This document shows, in pieces, positions 18,493 to 28,622 of a DNA stretch of 64,000 nucleotides (positions are counted from its first letter, which is position 1; the number at the start of each line of letters is the position of its first letter). Made by a program: the position numbers and the translations under genes. The DNA lies in assembly GCA_963807605.1 (NCBI GenBank), contig CAWECG010000003.1:544001-608000 (forward strand), given 5' to 3'. Source of the DNA: Candidatus Bathyarchaeota archaeon. GTDB lineage: Archaea > Thermoproteota > Bathyarchaeia > 40CM-2-53-6 > RBG-13-38-9. The notes under the pieces were generated by a model, which searched no databases, was not told where the DNA came from, and saw only the letters and a list, made by a program, of their open reading frames with translations.

Positions 18493-18559
18493 TGGTGGAC
18501 TGGTCGGGGTCCGCAGCGTTTTCGCTTCTAGAATGGGGTACGAGATTCACTCAGGTTCA
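18493..18559 (-). repeat. tRNA-Ala-like 3' end plus conserved arm, copy 2
   Basis: 52 of 67 nt identical, without gaps, to 34340-34406. Confidence 0.8.
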
Positions 18560-18566
18560 TACGCGC

Positions 18567-18728
18567 CCCCAAGACCAGACGGCCGATAATGACGTCGGGA
18601 CCCGCAAGACCGGCAGTTATTCCCGTTACAGCGAATATGCCTGCGCCTATAATAGCACCTATGCCCACGGCCGTGGCGTCGAATACTCCTAAACTCGGCT
18701 TGAGCTGACCTCTTGAAGGTCTATCCAT
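18567..18728 (-). pseudogene. N-terminal relic of an APC amino-acid permease
   Basis: LGVFDATAVGIGAIIGAGIFAVTG..AGLAGP; ends at ACGCGC (18561-18566). Confidence 0.8.
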
Positions 18729-18780
18729 TCTGTATCCCGAGTCAACGGCTATTTCAAGAATCTTCGCGCTTGAAAACAGG

Positions 18781-19925
18781 TTATGGGCATAGCAATTGGG
18801 AGATGTTCAAAGAGTCTGCTTTGAAGTGGACGTAAACCTTCTTTCCTTCATTCAAGTCAAGATCTTTTAGGGAACTCAAGGTCAGCTCGGACCTTATTGG
18901 AAAACCCACATCTACCAGTACCTTTGCACTGGACTTCATCCGAACTATCTCAACAATTGTCCCTGCGAGGTTGTTGCAGGTGCATCCACACCATTTTTGA
19001 TTCCTGATAACCGGTTCGCATGAGAGGATAACATCTTCAGGCTTGACAGTCACCAGTACCTGTTCTCCGTTCGCATTTCCAACTGAGTTTGCGAGGATCT
19101 CTGTTGCATTTATTTCGATCTTGGCAAGATTAGGTGAATCATGAATGATTCTCCCTTCATAGACATTGAGTCCAAGGAACTCTGCTACAAATCTTGAATT
19201 TGGTTTCTCCAAGACTTCGTTGCGGTGACCAATCTGTTCGATTCCGCCCATTACCCATGACTGCTATTTTATCAGAAAGGGCATATGCCTCAGCCAAGTC
19301 GTGGGTTACATAGATAGATGTTATCCCAAGGATTTTCAGGCGACTCTTAAGCTCGGTTCTCAGGGTTTCTCTGATTTGTGGATCAAGTGCAGCAAGAGGC
19401 TCATCAAGAAGCAAGACTTCCGGATTTGTGGCTGCAGACCTTACAAGGGCGACACGTTGTTGCTGTCCCCCACTGAGCATGTGAGGATGCGACTGAGAAC
19501 GATTCTTGAAGCCCTACAAACTCAAGGAGTAAGTTAGTCTGCTTCTTGATCTCATGCTTGGGTAAGTGCATAGCCTTCAAGCCATAAGATACATTCCCAT
19601 GTACCTTCATATGGGGAAAGAGGGCGTAGTTCTGGAAGACATATCCTATCTTCCGCCTTGCTGGCATCACATGAATTCTGCGTCTCCCCACGCGTCCCTC
19701 AACAAGGACTTTGTCGATGAAGACCTCTCCTTCGTCAGGTTGGCAAAGGCCAGCGATTATGTTGAGCATTGTCGTCTTTCCGCATCCACTGGGTCCCACA
19801 ACCGCGAGAATCTCATTTCTGTTCACATGTAGCATGAGCTTTCTCAGCACCTCTCTGTCCCCGAATCGCTTACAAACTGCCCTAAGCTCAATCACATTCT
19901 TGCACCATGACTCCGGTTCAGCCAC
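18781..19925 (-). pseudogene. modC: Molybdate/tungstate ABC ATPase with TOBE domain, split by two frameshifts
   Basis: Walker A GPSGCGKTT (19404-19925), [14 protein letters not shown] (19157-19480), TOBE (18781-19251). Confidence 0.8.
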
Positions 19926-20129
19926 CTAAGAATGAAAGAAAAGAGAAAGGAACAGCACTATGATTGACATAGCCCTCATTCTATGTTTCATTTTTTTCGG
20001 CCATTAGCAGGCAAACGCCCAGGACGTGCGCGTGGGACGCTGTACAGCCAAGGTTGATAATGCAAGCGTCAGGAAAACTAGTCCTGCCGCGACTTTCATC
20101 TGAGCGTTCTCTAGCACGTTTCATTCATC

Positions 20130-21104
20130 TTAAGGTGTGGCGCCGAAACCGTAATCCGCCAACAACCTTTGGCCTTCCTCTGAAAGCCAGAAGTCTACAT
20201 ATTTCGTTGCCAGATCACGATTGGAGGGATTCTTTATCACGGCCATTCCAAACGCTCCTATTGTGTTGACTGATGAAGGTATCTCGATGTACTGAAGTTT
20301 GGGTCCCACAAACTTGGCTTCAGAAACGAATACGATGCCTGCATCAACGACGCCCAGTAGAACTTTAGTGGTTACACTTGTGACCATGGGCTCATAGGAG
20401 ACAACATTGCTTATGATTTTGTCTCGGTAATGCTCCCATTGTGGCCCTTTGTATCTTGGGTCCGATCTATTTCCCCAAGTTTTCTGGATCTTTGTCAGTG
20501 TCATATTGGTATATGTTCCTACGGGGATTCTCCAAGTTCCCAGAGCAATCTTGGTATTAGGTCGAGTCAGATCCAATAATGAAGTGATGTTTCCTGGATT
20601 GTCAGCTGGAAGTATGACTATGAGCTTGTTGGTTGTGAAATTCCAGTACTGATCATTATCGAGAAGCCCATCTGTCTTCAGTTTCTTGGTCCATTTCGAG
20701 TCGGCGGACATGAAAACGTCGCATGGAAAACCGGAGTATATCTGTGTATAGAGGATATCGGAACTGGCAAAATTGACCATTACTTTGGCATTGTTTTCTC
20801 TTTCGAAGCTCTCCGTCTGCTTCTCCATAACATGGATTAAGCCGCCCGCGGCAAAAACCCGTAATTCTGTTGGAGTTTTATTGGCAGGTTGTTCAGCAGG
20901 TGTCTGGGTCGGTGATGGTGTTGTCAGAGTAATGATGGCGGATGGTGTAGTAGGTGTAGACGTTGTTCCAAGTCTCGACATGTAGGTTGCGGATCCTGCG
21001 ACCGCCGCAACGATAATTATGGCCAACAATATTAGAGTTATGTTACGCTTGCGCTGTGATGTTTTCCCAACATTCGTTTTCTGTTTATCTTGTGTCATTG
21101 TCAC
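20130..21104 (-). CDS. modA: Molybdate/tungstate ABC substrate-binding protein
   Basis: VFAAGGL, NFASS..L, DVFMSAD, VPVG.Y-like, DAGIVF.S. Confidence 0.85.
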   Translation of the reverse strand: MTMTQDKQKTNVGKTSQRKRNITLILLAIIIVAAVAGSATYMSRLGTTSTPTTPSAIITLTTPSPTQTPAEQPANKTPTELRVFAAGGLIHVMEKQTESFERENNAKVMVNFASSDILYTQIYSGFPCDVFMSADSKWTKKLKTDGLLDNDQYWNFTTNKLIVILPADNPGNITSLLDLTRPNTKIALGTWRIPVGTYTNMTLTKIQKTWGNRSDPRYKGPQWEHYRDKIISNVVSYEPMVTSVTTKVLLGVVDAGIVFVSEAKFVGPKLQYIEIPSSVNTIGAFGMAVIKNPSNRDLATKYVDFWLSEEGQRLLADYGFGATP

Positions 21105-21495
21105 TTCACCCTTATTGTAGCACTAATGGCGACAGCCCGCCGCAGTACTAGAACATCGAGATTTCTCTTCACATTACGTCTCCTCCATATCTCTATCCTC
21201 CACATCGTAAGTATGTTATATATAGTGTTTACCGAGTGGCCAATTGTAAGCATAGAAGCTTACAAAAATACCAAAATTCTGTTATTTCAAAGCATTGTTG
21301 CTCATCCAAGACATTAGGTCTCATTTTGGAGAGAGAGTCTCCAGAACGCTTGCGTTCCGTCTTCTGGTGAGCAGCCACGCTATTCCATCGATGCTGGGAT
21401 GTGGGAGAAATCAGTTTGAGCCATAATGCTTAACAGTAGATAGAGCATATGGAAAATTCAGTTGCTCTTTATTCGCAAGACTTGAGGGAGGATGC

Positions 21496-22002
21496 TTGCC
21501 GGAAAACCAAGTTGTAAGTGAAATAACCTACAGGCCAATTGGAATTGTTCATTCTCCATTCAGAGAACCTTACGGTACACCCATACAATCAGTCTCCGCC
21601 CAAAATGCTGAAGGAGTAGTTGAGGTCTTTCCTGAGTATGCTGCAGGGCTGGAGGATATTGATGGGTTCTCGCACATCATTTTGATATATCATTTTCATT
21701 TGTGTAAGAGATTTTCATTGATGGTAAAGCCATTCCTCGATAACCCGTCACATGGCGTCTTTGCTTGCAGGGCACCAGCCCGTCCGAACCCAATAGGAAT
21801 CTCCATAGTGCGACTCACTAGAGTCGAAAAGGAGAGGCTCTACATCCAAGATGTAGACATCGTAGACGGCACACCTCTTCTAGACATCAAACCCTACGTT
21901 CCAGAGTTCGACAACAGAGAAGCAGACAGGAAAGGATGGCTTGAAGGGAATTTGGGTAAGCTCTATGAGACGAAAGATGATGGTCGATTTGCACACTCCT
22001 AA
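21496..22002 (+). CDS. tsaA: tRNA m6t6A37 methyltransferase TrmO/TsaA family
   Basis: PIG.VHSP, GVFACRAPARPNPIG, DGTPLLDIKPY. Confidence 0.92.
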   Translation: MPENQVVSEITYRPIGIVHSPFREPYGTPIQSVSAQNAEGVVEVFPEYAAGLEDIDGFSHIILIYHFHLCKRFSLMVKPFLDNPSHGVFACRAPARPNPIGISIVRLTRVEKERLYIQDVDIVDGTPLLDIKPYVPEFDNREADRKGWLEGNLGKLYETKDDGRFAHS

Positions 22003-22087
22003 GACGTGCAAAGAATTACTTCAAACCCCGAAATCTCTCAAACGTACAACGTCGCGTGCGCCCTAAAATTCGAAATGCTTATATGGC

Positions 22088-22133
22088 GTTATGAATAGCT
22101 ATTCAATTGCAGTTATGAATATACATGCATAAT
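22088..22133 (+). promoter_or_regulatory. Two tandem GTTATGAATA-type operator copies upstream of the DUF5320-CDF-DUF134 operon
   Basis: GTTATGAATAGCTATTCAAT (22088) and GTTATGAATATACATGCATAAT (22112). Confidence 0.7.
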
Positions 22134-22147
22134 CGGAGGTGAGGTAT

Positions 22148-22393
22148 GTGCCGTGTGGAGATGGAACAGGTCCTTGGTGGGCGAAGGAAGGAAATTGCAG
22201 ACACGGAGAATGAAGAAGAGGACACCACTGGAGAAGATCTTCTAGTGAGACAACATTCGAATTAACAGAGCTGACAAAGGAAGAGCAGAGGAAAATATTG
22301 CAGGTCGAGCTTATAGAAATTGATGCCGAAAGACGAAGGGTGGAGAAGAGACTGAAGGAATTGGGGTCATCGGAATCAAAGAATGAAAACTAA
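22148..22393 (+). pseudogene. DUF5320-family protein with an in-frame TGA at 22211
   Basis: MPCGDGTGPWW..E*RRG..LTKEEQRKIL..VEKRLKEL; GGAGGTGA RBS upstream. Confidence 0.7.
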
Positions 22394-23468
22394 CGCAGAT
22401 ATTGCAGTGCGTGTGGCGGAAGAGAGAATATCTATAATGGGTTTAGCCGTGAATTTTGCCCTTTCAGTGGGGAAACTCATCATAGGATTTCTCTCTCAGT
22501 CGACAGCGATTGTGGCTGAAGGATTACATTCCGCAATGGATGTATTCTCTTCAGTAATTAGTTGCGTCGGGATCAGAGTAAGCAAGAAGCCGGCGGACAC
22601 TGAACACCCTTACGGTCATTACAAGGCGGAGGTTGTATCGGGATTCATAATAACAATCATTTTACTTTTGACAGCTGTATGGATACTCTACGAGTCAATT
22701 ACCTCATTCTTGTCGCCAATACAAAAGGTCATTGTAAACCATGTTTCAATTGGAATTATGATAACTTCTGCGATATTGAATGAAGTTATGTATCATGTGA
22801 AAATAAGGAACGGAAAAAAATACGATAGCGTGAGTTTGATTTCAGATGGGATGCATAGCAGAATCGATGTGTTAACCTCTATCACCGTCCTAGTTGGAGT
22901 TGCGGCTTCCCAATATTCCATACGCACAGATTCTATTGCGGCTTTTGTCGTAGGACTCTATATACTCAAGGAGTCTTTCAGCTTAGGCAAGAGGGCAACC
23001 GACTCGCTGTTAGATGTTTCTGCCGGAGCAGATGTTGAAGGTAGAATCAGGGTAACAGCTGCAAAAGAGAAAGTAAAGATAAAAGCTTTGAAAACTCAGA
23101 AAAGGGGACCAAAGATCTTTGCGCAGCTAGACGTAATTCTTCCAGATAATCTAAGAGTTGATGAGGCTTCTTCTATAACCAAGAATCTTGAGCAAAGATT
23201 GGTAGGCAGTATAGAAAACCTTGATTATGTCACTATACAGATAGCTTCACATGAAATAGGGGAGAGTTACTACAGAGGAATCTTTGGGAGAGCCTTCGGC
23301 TGGCAGAGAAGAGGCCGGATGGAGAAAGTGGAAGGTGTGCGAGCACTTGGACCTGGTGGTTATTGCATCTGTCCTAATTGCGGACATAGGATCAAACATG
23401 AAATAGGTATCCCATGTTCATCTCTAAAGTGTCCGAAATGCAACGCTAATCTGACTAGGGAAGTCTAA
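22383..23468 (+). CDS. Cation diffusion facilitator with C-terminal Cys-rich zinc ribbon
   Basis: HSAMD, PADTEHPYGHYKAE, HSRID; tail GPGGYCICPNCG..PC..CPKC. Confidence 0.9.
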   Translation: MKTNADIAVRVAEERISIMGLAVNFALSVGKLIIGFLSQSTAIVAEGLHSAMDVFSSVISCVGIRVSKKPADTEHPYGHYKAEVVSGFIITIILLLTAVWILYESITSFLSPIQKVIVNHVSIGIMITSAILNEVMYHVKIRNGKKYDSVSLISDGMHSRIDVLTSITVLVGVAASQYSIRTDSIAAFVVGLYILKESFSLGKRATDSLLDVSAGADVEGRIRVTAAKEKVKIKALKTQKRGPKIFAQLDVILPDNLRVDEASSITKNLEQRLVGSIENLDYVTIQIASHEIGESYYRGIFGRAFGWQRRGRMEKVEGVRALGPGGYCICPNCGHRIKHEIGIPCSSLKCPKCNANLTREV

Positions 23469-23917
23469 TGCCAAGACCACAGTGTTTCCGGAGAGTCTGG
23501 TTCGAACCAAATTTCACTTATTTCAAGCCAGCAGGAATAAGGATGATTGATTTGGAAGAATCGATCCTCACCGTAGATGAATTCGAGGCCGTTAGACTGA
23601 AAGATTTAGAGGCGTTGGATGAACATGCAGCAGCCAAGAAAATGAACATATCTCAACCTACTTTTAACAGAATCGTTTCCTCAGCAAGAAAAAAAATCTC
23701 TGATGCCATTGTAAACGGAAAAGCAATCAAAATCGAGGGAGGCAACTTCAAACTGGTTCGAGCGCCAAAGAGAAGATTCAGATGCTGTGATTGTGGTAAT
23801 GCATGGGAACTTGCACAGATGCGAGCTCCTTCATTGTGTCCAAAATGCAAAGGCAAGAACATTCAGAGACCTCATACACACGCGAATAGTGCACCGGATC
23901 GTAAACTCTCTCGATGA
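23468..23917 (+). CDS. DUF134 (UPF0251) HTH regulator with zinc ribbon
   Basis: MPRP, YFKP.G, EAVRLKD, ISQPTF.R..SARKKI.DA. Confidence 0.92.
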   Translation: MPRPQCFRRVWFEPNFTYFKPAGIRMIDLEESILTVDEFEAVRLKDLEALDEHAAAKKMNISQPTFNRIVSSARKKISDAIVNGKAIKIEGGNFKLVRAPKRRFRCCDCGNAWELAQMRAPSLCPKCKGKNIQRPHTHANSAPDRKLSR

Positions 23918-24049
23918 AGTTACGCGCGCACAAGAGGTAACCATGCACACCTCTGAAGGAATTAGCTACAGGGTGTCTCGTCGAAGCTTGCTGGCTAGAG
24001 CGTACGCACATTTATTCTTGTAAGAAGAGTACTCTTGACAAGGGGCGAA

Positions 24050-25918
24050 TTATCTTCCCATAGACGGGAAGAGTTCTGGGTTTCCGGGAATGTAGAGAGC
24101 TGCATTATACTCTTCCATGAAGTCAGAGTCGACTGTTAAGTCATAGTAAGTCATCGTCTCAGCGATCTCTTCCGCCTCTGCACGCTTCTTTGCCGATAGC
24201 AGGGCAATATATGCGCCTGCAATTGAACCATTCCCAAGCTGAACCGTTTCTGCCTTTGGAAATTCTGGAAAGAGCCCGAGAGTCGTTGCGCTTCTTTGGT
24301 CTATATATCTGCCAAAGGCTCCAGCAAGATAGAGGTTTTCAATATCACTAACGGTTACACCGATTTTCTTCATCAGAACTGCTACTGAACCGCAGAGGGC
24401 AGCCTTTGAATCCATCAAGTTGTTAATGTCTCTTTGGGTGATCACTATGTCTTTTTGTAGGTCGTTTTCAGAGGTTGGAGACACAACATACTCCAAACCG
24501 TCGATACCTTCCCTTATGAAATCTGATTTCTTTTCTATTATCTTCCCACAGAAGTCAATTATCCCAGACCGGTACATCTCTGCCGCAGCATCTATAATTC
24601 CGGACCCGCATATGCCTCGGGGTTTACGTTCGGGGCCACCAATCACCTGGTAGGTCGATCTTAGAGTCTTCGGTTCTATCTTTATGCGCTCTATGGCTCC
24701 TTCTACAGAGCGGATACCAAATCTTATTCCCCAACCTTCGAAGGCCGGGCCTGCTGCACATGACGTGGAGAGGAGCCAACCTTTACTTCCAATAACGATT
24801 TCCCCGTTCGTTCCCATATCCACTAGAATTGAGATTTCGGTCGATTGACACATTCCAGACGTTAAGACATCGGCTACTGCATCCCCCCCAACAAACCTGC
24901 TGACGTTAGGTAGGCAATACACTGAAGCGTTAGGGTTAGTCGTAATTCCGAATTTTTGAGCCTTACGTTGGATTGGATCTCGTGAAACCTGAACATTTGC
25001 ATTGACAAGATGCAATGGATCTAATCCTGCGAAAAGATATGTCATAACCGTATTTCCTGCGACAGTGAGATCGATTATCTCATCTGGAGCTATGTTGTTC
25101 CGGCTGATGATGGTTTCAACTATCTTATTTATAGTGTCGACAGAGGCTTTCTGTAATCTGTACAAACCTTCACTGCTTCTAAAGACGTAGTCAATTCTTG
25201 AGAGCAAATCTTCTCCATAGTTCAATTGTTCATTGTAACCTGACTCGATATCTATTATGCTGCCATCTCTAAAGTCTACTAGGTATGTTACAATCTTGGT
25301 CGTGCCAAGATCGATAGCTAACCCATAATTCCGCAGAGAAGTATCTCCAATATCGATGTCGACAACCTCAGACTGGCTGGCACACTTGTCCACGGTCACA
25401 GTGAGACCTTCGGCCCCTTGAATTTCCATTTTGTCAAGTTTCAGTAACGCGAGGTCGGAGAAAGGGATCTGTCGTCCGAATACATCTGTTACAAGACTAG
25501 AAATCTTTTGAACGCGTTCCGATCTCTCTTTAAGCTCGGCAAGATTCGCTCTCAGAAATTGCTTCCTACAACATGGGTCAAATTCGACTCTTGAGAAGAA
25601 CGCATTTGTTAGTATTTGTTGTCCTTCGAATCGACTTTCAGGCGGAATAACTACTCTAGTGTCAGCTAGCAATTGAGCCTGGCATGCAAGATGATATCCT
25701 CTAGTGTTATCATCTTGGAAGATGAACTTCTTGTATGAGTCTGATCTTTCGAGTACGTTACCTTCTTCAACAATGACTTTGCATTTACCGCAAGCTCCAA
25801 CACCCGCGCAAACACTTCGAATTTCGACACCAGCTTCTTGCGCTGCCTCTAGAATCGTTGAACCTTTCTTAACATTGACGCGCTTCCCTGTGGGTTGAAA
25901 TTCTACAGTAACCGTCAT
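24050..25918 (-). CDS. RACo/ASKHA (DUF4445) reductive activator of corrinoid proteins with N-terminal 2Fe-2S
   Basis: CAGVGACGKC, IDLGTT, FVGGD, DMGTNGE, AAGPAFEG, GICGSG, LAGAFG. Confidence 0.92.
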   Translation of the reverse strand: MTVTVEFQPTGKRVNVKKGSTILEAAQEAGVEIRSVCAGVGACGKCKVIVEEGNVLERSDSYKKFIFQDDNTRGYHLACQAQLLADTRVVIPPESRFEGQQILTNAFFSRVEFDPCCRKQFLRANLAELKERSERVQKISSLVTDVFGRQIPFSDLALLKLDKMEIQGAEGLTVTVDKCASQSEVVDIDIGDTSLRNYGLAIDLGTTKIVTYLVDFRDGSIIDIESGYNEQLNYGEDLLSRIDYVFRSSEGLYRLQKASVDTINKIVETIISRNNIAPDEIIDLTVAGNTVMTYLFAGLDPLHLVNANVQVSRDPIQRKAQKFGITTNPNASVYCLPNVSRFVGGDAVADVLTSGMCQSTEISILVDMGTNGEIVIGSKGWLLSTSCAAGPAFEGWGIRFGIRSVEGAIERIKIEPKTLRSTYQVIGGPERKPRGICGSGIIDAAAEMYRSGIIDFCGKIIEKKSDFIREGIDGLEYVVSPTSENDLQKDIVITQRDINNLMDSKAALCGSVAVLMKKIGVTVSDIENLYLAGAFGRYIDQRSATTLGLFPEFPKAETVQLGNGSIAGAYIALLSAKKRAEAEEIAETMTYYDLTVDSDFMEEYNAALYIPGNPELFPSMGR

Positions 25919-26183
25919 AGACCGCTACAACTCTTGCAGTTGACTTCACTGATGTCGAACATACCGGAACCCGCGTTGCACTCAAGATGTTTTGTCATGG
26001 CACAATCCTAACAGGGGCAGACGGAAAGTTTGCAGCTTAACACGCACTATCTGCATCCTTGCGTCTGGGCTTTTTCAACAGTCATATCTTAGACCATTTT
26101 TCTCCATGTAAGTGAGGAGGCCGATTTCTCCTTCGGCGAAGCGCGCGTACAAATCATAGAAAGGTTAGCGCGTTAAACGAAAC

Positions 26184-26211
26184 TTTATTAGTTATGAATA
26201 TTTATTCGTTA
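26184..26211 (+). promoter_or_regulatory. TATA-adjacent inverted-repeat operator
   Basis: TTTATTAGTTATGAATATTTATTCGTTA; matches the reverse complement of 18131-18158. Confidence 0.75.
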
Positions 26212-26219
26212 CTATTGTT

Positions 26220-26445
26220 AAGCCAAGAAGATGTAGATCGGTGAGTCGTTCATTATATACTTCAAACCGATTGGTGTGTCTTTGACGGTGCTGGAACAGT
26301 TTAGCTTGGTAGTCGATAGGCTCGAAGCAGGACGCTCAAGATGTTGGAAGGACAAACACTAGAGGGCTACTTGCAGGTGTATGGAATTCATTGTTTTACC
26401 AGACTCGTGCAAGAAAGCACATGCTACATGACGTAATAAAACAAG
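26220..26445 (+). pseudogene. Degraded DUF134 regulator
   Basis: KPRRCRSV / YFKPIGVSLTVLEQFSLVVDRLEAGR / ARK in shifting frames. Confidence 0.6.
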
Positions 26446-26455
26446 GTGAAGTTAG

Positions 26456-27376
26456 ATGAAAACTGAATGCGAGGGAGAATGTGATTCTTGCGAAGAACCG
26501 GATAATTGTGATGATAATAAAAAACGCATTTACGATGAGCAGAAGATGCTTAAGATCAGAATGGGAAAGGTGAAGCATAAGATAGCCGTAATCAGCGGCA
26601 AGGGTGGAGTTGGAAAAAGCATCACCACCGTCAATTTGGCCATCGCCCTTGCCGGACACAGCCATACTCACGAAGTAGGTATACTGGACGCCGATATTCA
26701 CGGTCCATGTGTTCCTAAGATGCTGGGCATGAGAAGTCAGCGACTTAATGCCGGACCTCGAGGAGTCTTCCCAGCAACCGGTCCACTTGGAGTAAAAGTC
26801 GTTTCAACCGATTTCCTCCTTCCAAAAGACGAAACCCCAGTCATCTGGCGCGGTCCGCTCAAGATGGCAGCCATACGCCAATTCCTATCAGAGATCATCT
26901 GGGGCAATCTGGACTTTCTTCTTATCGATCTTCCCCCAGGAACCGGGGATGAGTCCTTGAGCGTCATGCAGTTACTGCCAGAGATGGACGGTGTAGTAAT
27001 AGTCACAATTCCGTCAGAGGTCTCGCAGATTGTAGTCAAGAAGGCAGTAACCTTTGCTAGGCAATTGAAGATCCCAATAATAGGCATAGTGGAAAACATG
27101 AGCGGGTTCGTCTGTCCAAAATGCGGCGAAGAATCCAACATTTTCAAATCTGGTGGCGGCAGAAAAGTCGCAGAGGATCTAAAGGTTCCCTTCCTCGGAA
27201 GTATACCTCTAGACCCTAGAATCTGCGAGGATTCCGATAATGGCAGACCGTTCATACTGGAGAATCCAAACTCTCCGTCAGCAGGAGCATTCATGGAGAT
27301 CGTTGAGAGAATAGAGACATTTCTAAGAGAAAAGGCGGATGAGCCGGGACCTTCAACCCTTGCAGAATGGAAATGA
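26456..27376 (+). CDS. mrp: Mrp/NBP35 Fe-S cluster carrier ATPase
   Basis: SGKGGVGKS, DADIHGP, WRGP, DLPPGTGD, ENMS..CPKC. Confidence 0.93.
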   Translation: MKTECEGECDSCEEPDNCDDNKKRIYDEQKMLKIRMGKVKHKIAVISGKGGVGKSITTVNLAIALAGHSHTHEVGILDADIHGPCVPKMLGMRSQRLNAGPRGVFPATGPLGVKVVSTDFLLPKDETPVIWRGPLKMAAIRQFLSEIIWGNLDFLLIDLPPGTGDESLSVMQLLPEMDGVVIVTIPSEVSQIVVKKAVTFARQLKIPIIGIVENMSGFVCPKCGEESNIFKSGGGRKVAEDLKVPFLGSIPLDPRICEDSDNGRPFILENPNSPSAGAFMEIVERIETFLREKADEPGPSTLAEWK

Positions 27377-27402
27377 CATCGAATTTTCAAAGGTGAGTCG
27401 AT

Positions 27403-27837
27403 ATGCCGATTAACATGGGAGATGATGTTTTGGTTCATTATACTCTGAAGCTTGAGAGTGGAGATATTATTGAAACGACCCGAAAAGGAGAGCCTTTCTT
27501 AGCCAAGATCGGTTCACATGATCTGTTACCAGAATTAGAACGAGTCCTCATCGGACTGGACAAAGGACATAGAAAGGAGGTCAAGATCCCTCCAAGTAAA
27601 GGGTATGGCGAGAGAAGAGAAGGGCTGCTTCATGAGATTCCCAAATCTAGACTTACAAGCGAACATGAACCTTCCAAGAATATGTTTGTTGACATCTTCA
27701 GTAAAGACGGAAATCGCAGTGTGGTTACCATTCACGATGTAAAGGAAGACTCCGTAGTCTTAGATCTTAACCATCCTCTAGCCGGACGAACTTTAGTGGT
27801 TGACATCGAAGTAGTCGACATATTTCCCGGCGCGTAA
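27403..27837 (+). CDS. Short FKBP-type PPIase (SlyD-like)
   Basis: VHYTL, PP..GYG, DLNHPLAG. Confidence 0.9.
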   Translation: MPINMGDDVLVHYTLKLESGDIIETTRKGEPFLAKIGSHDLLPELERVLIGLDKGHRKEVKIPPSKGYGERREGLLHEIPKSRLTSEHEPSKNMFVDIFSKDGNRSVVTIHDVKEDSVVLDLNHPLAGRTLVVDIEVVDIFPGA

Positions 27838-27945
27838 TATGAGGAATGTAAACCAAGACTCGGCTTAATTCTGGGGGGTTTTAGTTTCCCTGTGTAGTTT
27901 GTAGCTGAAGTACATGTTGCTTAGTGTCATGAGGAGGAAAATGAT

Positions 27946-28410
27946 ATGCGCACGAAACTCACGCCACCAGAGATAAGGAGCATACAACGGGTATTTTCTT
28001 TAGTCCTCCTTATCGCGATTATTCTCGTAGTTTCTTCCAGTCTGTGGTCTGAAGTCAGATTTACAACGCCAAATGAGCAGGGCGCCACCAGACTGATAAT
28101 TGTCCTTGAGCGTGTCCACGTAGGAGTTGGCGATTCCAAAGAAATGACTATAAGAGCAGTTGACCAAGCTGGAGTTGTCGACAAAAGCCGAAATGACCTG
28201 GTGCAACTGAATCTAACCTCGTTGAGCCGTGAAAACACCACTACCAAGCTGAGTGTCAATGAGCTCAGACTGGAAAATGGCTCAGCTAACGTGTATATTA
28301 CAGGTCCCATAGCAGACCTAGTGAAGGTAACTGTAACTTGGAAGGAGGGAAGATCAAAACTTGAGCCTGGAGAAACCCTCATCCAAGTTGGGAGTTTCGA
28401 AGGAACATGA
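27946..28410 (+). CDS. Membrane-anchored beta-rich protein related to 14774-15133
   Basis: N-terminal TM; ATRLII..IRAVD..G..SRNDLVQL..L.NG.A shared with the 14774 protein. Confidence 0.7.
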   Translation: MRTKLTPPEIRSIQRVFSLVLLIAIILVVSSSLWSEVRFTTPNEQGATRLIIVLERVHVGVGDSKEMTIRAVDQAGVVDKSRNDLVQLNLTSLSRENTTTKLSVNELRLENGSANVYITGPIADLVKVTVTWKEGRSKLEPGETLIQVGSFEGT

Positions 28411-28527
28411 TCTACATGCGCGCTTTGGTTCTAGCCTGATCTTGATATCCTAAGAACTTCTAGGCAAATAGGTGATATTGCCGCAACAACGTTAGGTAAG
28501 CAACAAGAGCACTCATCTCTAGAGGTG

Positions 28528-28622
28528 ATGAGACTAGTGATTAGCTTGAGATGTCCCATTGGCGAATGTGTCTTTGAGATAGATGTTCACACCTTCCAAG
28601 AAGCAATCCAAAAGGCTAGAGA
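28528..28622 (+). pseudogene. 5' fragment of a DUF1059-like gene, cut at GCGCGCGC (28623-28630)
   Basis: MRLVISLRCPIGECVFEIDVHTFQEAIQKAR, paralog of 37459-37641. Confidence 0.85.

Noticed and set aside
22211-22213. In-frame TGA (also at 40493) as selenocysteine
   Set aside because: The positions do not correspond to conserved Cys (Ser in the paralog for 40493), no SECIS was seen, and the region is rich in pseudogenes
25919-26140. Cobalamin riboswitch upstream of the RACo gene
   Set aside because: No B12-box or conserved core was recognisable
26737-27438. Long antisense ORFs (e.g. 26737-27438, 48989-49726, 38887-39468, 31768-32310)
   Set aside because: They are shadows of well-supported genes on the other strand and carry no motifs
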